From contig JBBIIG010000005.1 in NCBI GenBank assembly GCA_037446635.1, positions 1 to 64,000 of the forward strand: 64,000 nucleotides of DNA, read 5' to 3'. This DNA is from a bacterium. Its GTDB lineage: Bacteria; Zhuqueibacterota; Zhuqueibacteria; Oceanimicrobiales; Oceanimicrobiaceae. Shown piece by piece: positions 48,247-55,955 of this stretch. The notes beneath the pieces were generated by a model. It made no database searches. It was not told where the DNA came from and saw nothing but the letters and a program-made list of their open reading frames with translations. Each line of letters opens with the position of its first letter. Position 1 is the stretch's first letter. Made by a program: the position numbers and the translations under genes.

Positions 48247-48327
48247 GGGGAGAGAGGTTGATTGGCGAGATGATCGTTTTCGTCTAATGTAGTAGATCAA
48301 AAAATAGGCTATTGGAGATTTTGGACC

Positions 48328-48930
48328 ATGAAAATTGGTGAGCATCTTTATTTTTCTCCGAATTATAAATTCACAGAACTGAGATGGGATGACAAAAGCA
48401 ATCTGATACCCGCCTTTCAAGATAGAGTAACAGGATTTTATTTGGATCCAGTAGATCAACTTAATAATACTATTAGTTCTTTTGCTGCGGGAGTTTTGTG
48501 TGTAACAACAATTGATTTTTTAGCTGCTATTACTACGGGAATTCAGAAAACGGGAGTAAGAATTGAGAACTGGCTCAAATCGAATATCTCTACTTTCGAT
48601 AAAATTGATCCTAACAACAAATCGCAAACTCTCGCTCGAAGGTTTTATAATGAATTTCGAAATGGGTTAGTTCATGAAGGCCGTATCAAAGAAGGTGGTC
48701 AGTTCTCATATGATTTTGAAGAACTTGTCCAAGTTGAGGAATCAGTAATGGTTGTAAATCCCATGCTGCTTGCCACTGCCATCCGCGAAGCTTTTAAAAA
48801 GTATATAGAAAAGGTGAAAACGGACGAATTTGCTTTTCAATCTTTCAAAGCCTCCATAATTCAATTCTTCAGAGTGGATATTGAAATTGTTAAACCTAAA
48901 AACACTATGGTTCAGAATAGGCAGCAATGA
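48328..48930 (+). CDS. Hypothetical protein with a HEPN-like RxxxxH motif
   Basis: 200-aa AT-rich ORF containing FRNGLVHE. Confidence 0.65.
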   Translation: MKIGEHLYFSPNYKFTELRWDDKSNLIPAFQDRVTGFYLDPVDQLNNTISSFAAGVLCVTTIDFLAAITTGIQKTGVRIENWLKSNISTFDKIDPNNKSQTLARRFYNEFRNGLVHEGRIKEGGQFSYDFEELVQVEESVMVVNPMLLATAIREAFKKYIEKVKTDEFAFQSFKASIIQFFRVDIEIVKPKNTMVQNRQQ

Positions 48931-48931
48931 T

Positions 48932-49852
48932 ATGAAAAACACAATTCCGAATTTAGTATTTTTTGGTGGGAGTATTTTGTTTGTTATTTTCATTAGGACA
49001 GTGGATTTGAGCTTTGGAGGCTTATTTTTTTCCATTACACTCTTCTTAATTGCAATTGTAGTATTTTTCATGAAATATTTGAAAAGGGAAGAAGAGAAAT
49101 TTGATGCTCGAGTTAATAATCTTCTAAGTAAGATTACAGAATTCAATGCTACTCAGAAATATTTGAATTTGGCTTCAGAGTCAGGGATAGCAGTTGATGA
49201 AGCTTCAAACAAACTTTGTTTCTTCGAAAAAAAGAATGAGAGTTTGCAACCTTATATTTATAGTTACAACCAACTCGTCGAATGCGAGCTTGTCGAGGAC
49301 GGGGATACCGTAACTAAGACCTCTCGTGCCAGTCAACTTGGTGGAGCATTGGTTGGCGGGTTAATAGCTGGTGGTGTTGGTACTATCGTTGGTGGCCTTT
49401 CTGGTAAGCGGAAAAGTCTTCAAAAGGTAAGGCGGGTCGATTTAAAAATCATAGTAAATGACACAAGAAAACCAGTGCACATACTTAACTTTTTTGATTA
49501 TGAAACAGAAAAAGGTAGCATACAATACCAAAATGTAATGGCGAAGGCAAATCATTGGTATGGTTTAATAAGCGTATATATAAAACGAGCGGAGCAAGAA
49601 TCCAAATTGATAGAAAAAGTGAGTTCCTTCCGCTGCTCAAACTGTGGCGAGCAGATCGAGCGCGGTTGGCAACATTGTATCAAGTGCGGCGCGTCCGTGA
49701 GTTTATCACGCGATTCTACCGAGACTATTTCCAAAAATCCTTCATATTCTGTGGCTGATGAATTAGCAAAGCTTGTTGAGCTACGAAAAAATGGAACTCT
49801 CACACATGAGGAGTTCATTGCTCTAAAACAAAAGCTACTTTCACAGGGATAG
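48932..49852 (+). CDS. Membrane protein with zinc ribbon and C-terminal SHOCT domain
   Basis: Two N-terminal TMs, Gly-rich GGALVGGLIAGGVG, CSNC..CIKC, ADELAKLVELRKNGTLTHEEF..LKQKLL. Confidence 0.8.
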   Translation: MKNTIPNLVFFGGSILFVIFIRTVDLSFGGLFFSITLFLIAIVVFFMKYLKREEEKFDARVNNLLSKITEFNATQKYLNLASESGIAVDEASNKLCFFEKKNESLQPYIYSYNQLVECELVEDGDTVTKTSRASQLGGALVGGLIAGGVGTIVGGLSGKRKSLQKVRRVDLKIIVNDTRKPVHILNFFDYETEKGSIQYQNVMAKANHWYGLISVYIKRAEQESKLIEKVSSFRCSNCGEQIERGWQHCIKCGASVSLSRDSTETISKNPSYSVADELAKLVELRKNGTLTHEEFIALKQKLLSQG

Positions 49853-49888
49853 ATCTTCAGGGCATTAAGAAGAGAAATACAGGAGTAC

Positions 49889-50530
49889 ATGATGAGAACC
49901 GAGGATATTCTTGAGTGCAATCAGAAATCAATTTTAATAGTGGAAAAAAGGAGTTTAAAGGAAATTGTAGTGGCTGCACCTCACCATGCTCCGTTGGGTA
50001 CTTCTGAACTGCCATGTGATAGCCATCGTGTTGCTGACGAAAATGTTGGGTTTTTAGCATTGTATATTGCAAAGCTAATAAACTGCAATAGTATTATTGC
50101 CTGCAATTATTTTATAGATCCTAATAAGCTGGAAAATAGTGACTATTTTCAACGAATAAAAAGTTGGCATCCCAAAATTCTTGTCGAGATTCATGGGCAT
50201 GGAGGGAAAAAAGCGAAGTATGATATCGAAATATCCTCGGGAAGCCTTGACAGAAATAGATTTTCAACTTCATTGGCTGAAAAGTTGAAGGCAAACGTAT
50301 CGAATCTAATTCCACTTCAAAAGTTTGTCATATCGGGAGATTTTAGTGAAATTTATTTTAAGGCGGAAAGAAGTAAAACAATTACTTCAAATGATTGGAT
50401 TGCCTTTCACATTGAGCTACCAATGTCCTTACGTTCGGAAAAAAGTCTTTATCTTCCATTCTGTGAAAAATTATCCGAGGTAGTCAAGGAAATGCTCTTA
50501 GATTATGAGAAGGAAGGGAAACAGCCATAG
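49889..50530 (+). CDS. Hypothetical protein, possible Zn-dependent hydrolase (N-formylglutamate amidohydrolase / poly-gamma-glutamate hydrolase-like fold)
   Basis: APH..DE, EIHG, HIEL..LR motifs. Confidence 0.55.
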   Translation: MMRTEDILECNQKSILIVEKRSLKEIVVAAPHHAPLGTSELPCDSHRVADENVGFLALYIAKLINCNSIIACNYFIDPNKLENSDYFQRIKSWHPKILVEIHGHGGKKAKYDIEISSGSLDRNRFSTSLAEKLKANVSNLIPLQKFVISGDFSEIYFKAERSKTITSNDWIAFHIELPMSLRSEKSLYLPFCEKLSEVVKEMLLDYEKEGKQP

Positions 50531-50539
50531 AAGATTGGT

Positions 50540-51208
50540 ATGAAACAGAAGGTGCTTTCAACAGTTATGCATGAATGGTTGCGAGTTAACAAATACTCTG
50601 AGGCCATATCATCAATTGAAATGATGGCCGAACAATCAGAACGTCTAAGTTCCGATCCTTATCGATGGAAATGGTTTATCATTTCACTACATAATACGCT
50701 TCAATGCTTTATGGTCCTAGCTTTACACAAATTGAATCCCCTGCCTATTTTGAAAAAGAAGGACGTAGAGAAATGGCTTAGGGCATATCACGAGCAGTCA
50801 GACAAGATGAATCATTATGAGTTGGATTCTTTTAGAAACTTATATAAAAAAATAAAGAATCAGGACAATAGTGGTTACAATTTGAAGGTTCGATTCTATC
50901 AACCAATCGACACTGAAGATTGGAGCGTAGAAAGACTTAATGAATATCGAAACATCTTTACCCATTTCATTCCTTGTGGTATGTCCTTGAGCATTGCAAA
51001 CTTGATCAGAGTAGGTTCCGACTCTCTTGGCATTATCAAACATCTTGGTTGGGATACGGACAGAATCAAACTTGCAAGAGGCGATTCTCAAAGAGCACGG
51101 GACGCAATAAATAAAGCGATCTTCAACATCAACAAACTAATTGATCAGTATCAACTCAAAGTGATCAAACAAGAACTAATCGAGGACGAATCGTTTACCG
51201 TGAGATAG
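50540..51208 (+). CDS. Hypothetical protein with a HEPN-like RxxxxH motif
   Basis: 222-aa AT-rich ORF containing LNEYRNIFTHF. Confidence 0.62.
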   Translation: MKQKVLSTVMHEWLRVNKYSEAISSIEMMAEQSERLSSDPYRWKWFIISLHNTLQCFMVLALHKLNPLPILKKKDVEKWLRAYHEQSDKMNHYELDSFRNLYKKIKNQDNSGYNLKVRFYQPIDTEDWSVERLNEYRNIFTHFIPCGMSLSIANLIRVGSDSLGIIKHLGWDTDRIKLARGDSQRARDAINKAIFNINKLIDQYQLKVIKQELIEDESFTVR

Positions 51209-51325
51209 TATCACAAAATGTGACACCACATCGCAATCATAAAAAATTGACGAGGCAAAAAAATATTCGGTGTCAATCCGTTAAACCCGTGTCATCCGTG
51301 TTCTATTATTTAGAGAAAAAATAAA

Positions 51326-52321
51326 GTGAAGCTCATCATCCAAATACCCTGTTTGAACGAAGAAAAAACCCTGCCGCAGACCATCGGCGATCTGCCCAAG
51401 TCCATTGCGGGCGTCGATGAGATCGAGGTGCTGATCATCGACGATGGCAGCAGCGACCGCACGGTGGACGTGGCGCGACAGTTGGGTGTAAACCATATCG
51501 TCCGCCACACCAACAACAAAGGACTGGCCGAGGCCTTCATGAACGGCATCGATGCCTGTTTGAAACTGGGCGCCGACATCATCGTCAACACCGACGCCGA
51601 CAACCAGTACAGCGGGGGGAGCATCCCCGACCTCGTGCGCCCGATCCTCGACTCCAAAGCCGACATGGTGATCGGCGACCGCCAGATCAACGGCATCCCG
51701 CATTTTTCCTTTCTCAAAAAGCGGCTGCAGAATTTGGGCAGCTGGGTGGTGCGCCACGTTTCGGACACCAACATCCCCGACACCACCAGCGGCTTCCGCG
51801 CCTTCAGTCGCGAGGCGGCGCTGCGCATGAACGTGGTTTCGAAATTCACGTACACCCTCGAGACCATCATCCAGGCGGGCAAAAACAACATCGCCATCAC
51901 CCACGTGCCCGTCAGCACCAACGCCAAGACGCGCGACTCGCGGCTGTTCCGCAGCATCCCCAATTACGTGAAGCGCTCGCTCGCCACCATTTTGCGCATC
52001 TACACCATGTACGAGCCGCTGAAAATGTTTTCGATTATCGGCTCGCTGGTGTTCAGCGGCGGCCTGCTGCTCTCGCTGCGATTTCTTTATTTTTATTTCA
52101 CGGAGGGCGGCGCCGGCCACATCCAGTCGTTGATTTTTGCCGCGGTGCTGATGCTAATCGGATTTCAGACGGTGATGATTGGTCTGGTGGCGGATTTGAT
52201 TCGCGGCAATCGCCGGTTGATTGAGGATACACAGTATCGGGTGCGGAAGTTGGAGATTGGGAGGTTTTATAAAGAGAAGAAATCAGATGATAAAGACAAG
52301 AAATCAGAGAAAACTTTGTAG
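51326..52321 (+). CDS. GT2 glycosyltransferase (DPM synthase-like)
   Basis: IPCLNEE, DDGSSD, TDADNQY, DTTSGFRA, C-terminal TMs. Confidence 0.92.
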   Translation: MKLIIQIPCLNEEKTLPQTIGDLPKSIAGVDEIEVLIIDDGSSDRTVDVARQLGVNHIVRHTNNKGLAEAFMNGIDACLKLGADIIVNTDADNQYSGGSIPDLVRPILDSKADMVIGDRQINGIPHFSFLKKRLQNLGSWVVRHVSDTNIPDTTSGFRAFSREAALRMNVVSKFTYTLETIIQAGKNNIAITHVPVSTNAKTRDSRLFRSIPNYVKRSLATILRIYTMYEPLKMFSIIGSLVFSGGLLLSLRFLYFYFTEGGAGHIQSLIFAAVLMLIGFQTVMIGLVADLIRGNRRLIEDTQYRVRKLEIGRFYKEKKSDDKDKKSEKTL

Positions 52322-52326
52322 TTCCA

Positions 52327-52710
52327 TGAGATTGCTTCGACTCGCTGAACAGCGCGAGTCTCGCAATGACAGCGCTCGACCTGTCACTGCGAGGCGCTTT
52401 TTGCCGAAGCAGTCCCATGATTGGAGCACCTTCGGAACTCACCCCCTAAATCCCCCTCTCTTAAAAGACAAGAGAGGGGGACTTGAACGGGTCTCGATCT
52501 CTAAGCCCCCTTCTCTTAGCAAGAGAAGGGGGTTGGGGGATGAGTTCGGAAAGCGAGCATGAGTGAATAATCAGATGACAATGACAAGAAAGCACAAAAT
52601 TAGAACTCAGAGCAATGTCATTTCGAACCCCGACGCTTTTTGTCGGGGTGAGAAATCTGGCACTGCACGAATCGTTGCAGACCAGATTTCTCGCTGCGCT
52701 CGAAATGACA
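52327..52710. repeat. Cluster of three palindromic elements (52327-52417, 52435-52547, 52616-52710)
   Basis: GAGATTGCTTCG..GCAATGAC/GTCACTGCG..GAAGCAGTC; CCCCCTCTCTT..AAGAGAGGGGG twice; TGTCATTTCG..CGAAATGACA. Confidence 0.85.
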
Positions 52711-52738
52711 CGTTCATTGTTCCGTGCGAGGTCGAACT

Positions 52739-53821
52739 ATGAGTTCGCCGAATGTAGGCAAGGCTCCAAGAATCTGCTACGTCGCGGGCCGCGAGGCGAG
52801 CTACTCCCGCACGCGCACGATGATTTACGCCATGCAGCAGGCGGGCTATGAGGTGGTGACCTGTCTGCCGCCGAACAAATCGTTCAAAAATTATCCGCGG
52901 GTGATCTGGGAGTTTCTGAAAAGGAAGCGCGGCTGCGATCTGGTGGTGGTGGGATTTTACGGACAACTGCTGCTGCCGCTGGTGTGGCTCTTCACCCGTA
53001 AACCGATTTTGTTTGATGTTTACATTTCCACCTTCGGCACGATGATTCACGATCGCGGCAAAGGGAGCGAAAAGGGATGGAAGGCGAAACTGTTCTGGCT
53101 CTCCGATCACATCTCGATGAAATTGGCGAAGCGCATCATCATCGAGAGTCGCCATCATATTCGGGTCTATTCGCAGATGTTCAAGATTCCCGAAAGCAAA
53201 TTCCGCCACATTTTTCTCGCCACCGATCCCGCGGTGATGCGGCCAAAAGCAGCGACTGGGGAATCGAACGGAAAATTTTTAGTGCACTTTCACGGCGAGT
53301 ACGCACCGTTTCACGGGGTGCAGTACATTTTGCAGGCCGCGGATCTGTTGCGGGATTCGGATGTCGAATTTCAAATCATCGGCAAGGGCATTACCTACGA
53401 ACGCGATATGCTGCTCGTGAAAAAACTGAATCTCACAAACTGCCGTTTCATCGATTGGGTGCCGTACGACCAGCTTGCAGATTACATGTCGCGGGCGGAC
53501 TGCTGCCTCGGATTCTTCGGCGAGAATCCCCGCGCGACGCGGGTGTTCACCAACAAAGTGGTGGAAACGCTGGCCGTGGGGCGGCCGCTCATCACCTGCA
53601 AAAACGAACCCGTGCAGGAGCTGCTCAAAGACGGCGAGAGCGCGTTGCTGGTGGAACGCGCCAATCCGCAGGCCATCGCCGATGCCATCCGCAAGCTGCG
53701 CGAAGATGCGGCGCTGCGAAAGCAACTCGCGCAAAACGGTCACGAGCGCTTTTTGCAAAATTGCACGTTGGAAGTGTTCTCACAAAAATTGAAAAACGTT
53801 ATTGAGGAGATGTTGAATTGA
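52739..53821 (+). CDS. Glycosyltransferase family 4
   Basis: FHGEYAPFHG, NKVVETLAVGRPLIT (GT-B fold). Confidence 0.88.
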   Translation: MSSPNVGKAPRICYVAGREASYSRTRTMIYAMQQAGYEVVTCLPPNKSFKNYPRVIWEFLKRKRGCDLVVVGFYGQLLLPLVWLFTRKPILFDVYISTFGTMIHDRGKGSEKGWKAKLFWLSDHISMKLAKRIIIESRHHIRVYSQMFKIPESKFRHIFLATDPAVMRPKAATGESNGKFLVHFHGEYAPFHGVQYILQAADLLRDSDVEFQIIGKGITYERDMLLVKKLNLTNCRFIDWVPYDQLADYMSRADCCLGFFGENPRATRVFTNKVVETLAVGRPLITCKNEPVQELLKDGESALLVERANPQAIADAIRKLREDAALRKQLAQNGHERFLQNCTLEVFSQKLKNVIEEMLN

Positions 53822-54819
53822 GCTTTGACTATTCCATATTGAAAGACAAGCGAGTTTTGATCACGGGTGGATTGGGTTTCATCGGCAGCAACCTCGCGCA
53901 CCGCTGCGTGGAGTTGGGCGCGCGGGTGACCATCATGGATGCCTGCATCGAGCCGTACGGTTGGAATCCATTTAATATCGAAGAGATAAAAGACCGGGTG
54001 CAGTTCATCAAAGGCGATGTGCGCAACCGTGCGCTGCTGGTGGAGCTGACGGCGGAGAAGGACATCGTCTTTCACATGGCGGCGCAGGTGGGGCGCGAGA
54101 TTTCGGTGGAGTCGCCCGAGCTGGACGTGGACATCAACTGTCAGGGCACCATCAATTTGCTGGAGGCGGTGCGCCGCAATGGCAGTCGTGCCAAAGTGGT
54201 GTTTGCGGGATCGCGCGGACAAATTGGCGAGCCTGTGTATATGCCCGTGGACGAGCAGCATCCGCAAAATCCGACGGATGTGTATGGCATCAACAAGATG
54301 GCGGCGGAGCAGTACCTGTTTTTGTACAGCAAAATTTACGGCTTCCCCGTGGTCTCGCTGCGGCTGAATAATGTTTATGGCCCGCGCTGTCAGATGCACG
54401 CGGGATTTTACGGCATCCTCAACTGGTTCATGGCCAACGCGATGACGGGCAAGCCCATCACGGTTTACGGCGAAGGCCGCCAGACCCGCGATTACGTTTA
54501 CATCACCGACGTGGTGGACGCGTTCATCCGCGTGGCGATTTCGGAGAAGGCAAATGGGCAAATGTATTTTGTCGGCTCGGGTGTGGAGACAGTGTTCATC
54601 GACATGGTGAAGGAGATCGTGCGTGCCGTGGGCAAAGGCGAAATCACGCACATTCCCTTTCCCAAAACCCGCGAGGCCATCGACATCAAGCGCTTCGTGG
54701 TGACGTACCAGAAAATTCAGGATGCGGTGGGCTGGAGTCCGCAGGTGGATTTGGCGACGGGGGTGAAGAGGACGTTTGAATTCTATGAGAAGAACTTGTC
54801 GAAGTATTTAAATAGGTGA
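53818..54819 (+). CDS. NAD-dependent epimerase/dehydratase
   Basis: TGGLGFIGS, YGINK, NVYGPR, QTRDYVY. Confidence 0.9.
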   Translation: MSFDYSILKDKRVLITGGLGFIGSNLAHRCVELGARVTIMDACIEPYGWNPFNIEEIKDRVQFIKGDVRNRALLVELTAEKDIVFHMAAQVGREISVESPELDVDINCQGTINLLEAVRRNGSRAKVVFAGSRGQIGEPVYMPVDEQHPQNPTDVYGINKMAAEQYLFLYSKIYGFPVVSLRLNNVYGPRCQMHAGFYGILNWFMANAMTGKPITVYGEGRQTRDYVYITDVVDAFIRVAISEKANGQMYFVGSGVETVFIDMVKEIVRAVGKGEITHIPFPKTREAIDIKRFVVTYQKIQDAVGWSPQVDLATGVKRTFEFYEKNLSKYLNR

Positions 54820-54876
54820 AAAGTGAAACGGCAGAGGGCAAACGGCAGACGTGAAAGCAATCAGTCGGCCCCAAGG

Positions 54877-55018
54877 TGTCATTCCGAACCGACGCTTTTT
54901 GTCGGTGAGGAATCTGGCGGCTCACAGATCGTTCTTGCAGTACTGAGTTAGGGGCGTAATCGTAAAGTCTATTCTCCGTCAGATTTCTCGACTCCGCTAC
55001 GCTCCGCTCGAAATGACA
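54877..55018. repeat. GTCATT...AATGAC palindromic element
   Basis: Same family as 39010-39177 and 41257-41440; shares TCTATTCTCCG. Confidence 0.85.
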
Positions 55019-55032
55019 AATATCGGGTAACC

Positions 55033-55923
55033 ATGCTAAGTAAATCGAACGAAATCTTTCTATCCATCGTCATCCCCTCGTACAACTCGAAGCACTGGAT
55101 CGCCCACTGTCTCGACTCGCTCAAAGATCAAGTGCAGCGGGAGGACGTGGAGGTGATCGTGGTGGACAGCTCCGAGGACGATCTGACGCCGTTCATTCGT
55201 GAGCGCTATCCGTTTGTGCAGACGCACCATCTGCCGCAGCGGGCGTATCCCGGCACCGCGCGCACCTACGGCATTCGCCAGAGTCGTGGACAAGTGATTG
55301 CGTTCATCGATACGGACTGCAAAGCCAGCGAGGACTGGGTGGAGCGCATCATCGCCGAGCAGAAGAATGGCAAGAGTGTGGTGGGCGGACCCGTGGCCAA
55401 CGGCACGCCGAAAAGCTTGGTGGGCACGGCCGAGTACATTTTAGAATTCAGCGAGATGGTGCCCGCCATGCCCGAGGGTCCCGTGCGATTTATTCCCACC
55501 TGCAATATTTCCTTCAAGCGCAGCGTGTTCGATCAGATTGGCAAAATCGAAGATACCATCAAAGGCAGCGACGCACTCTTTTGCCGAAAAATCACTTTGC
55601 TCGGCGAGCCGATCTATTTTCAGCGGCCGATCACGGTGTGGCACTCCAATCGCACGAAGCTGAAAAAGTATTTGCAGAATCAGTACGACATCGGCGTGGG
55701 TGCGGCGCAGGTGCGGAAAAAGGAATCGCAGGTTGGCGCGGTGCTGGTGAAATATCCGGTTTTGATTCCGCTGATTCCGTTTGCCCGCACGCTGCTCATT
55801 GGCAAACGGTTTTTCAAATACGACAAGAAATTGTTCCTGCAGTTTGTGGGATTGTATCCGCTGATATTTTTGGGGATGGTGGCGTATACGAAGGGGTTCT
55901 GGGATGGGCGATTTAAACACTGA
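55033..55923 (+). CDS. GT2 glycosyltransferase
   Basis: IVIPSYN, VDSSED, FIDTDC. Confidence 0.9.
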   Translation: MLSKSNEIFLSIVIPSYNSKHWIAHCLDSLKDQVQREDVEVIVVDSSEDDLTPFIRERYPFVQTHHLPQRAYPGTARTYGIRQSRGQVIAFIDTDCKASEDWVERIIAEQKNGKSVVGGPVANGTPKSLVGTAEYILEFSEMVPAMPEGPVRFIPTCNISFKRSVFDQIGKIEDTIKGSDALFCRKITLLGEPIYFQRPITVWHSNRTKLKKYLQNQYDIGVGAAQVRKKESQVGAVLVKYPVLIPLIPFARTLLIGKRFFKYDKKLFLQFVGLYPLIFLGMVAYTKGFWDGRFKH

Positions 55924-55955
55924 AATTACCGAAACACACTGAATGAAGATTTTCT

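Larger units (their letters stand above)
48051..51301. mobile_element. AT-rich cargo island bounded by CACGGAT-family inverted repeat arms
   Basis: Left arm ACACGGATGACGCGGATTGGACGGAT (48051) and right arm AATCCGTTAAACCCGTGTCATCCGTGT (51275-51301) enclose four AT-rich ORFs; no recombinase gene. Confidence 0.6.

Noticed and set aside
48328..51208. Integron cassette array
   Set aside because: Spacers between the ORFs are only 1-36 nt, with no attC-like structure and no integrase.
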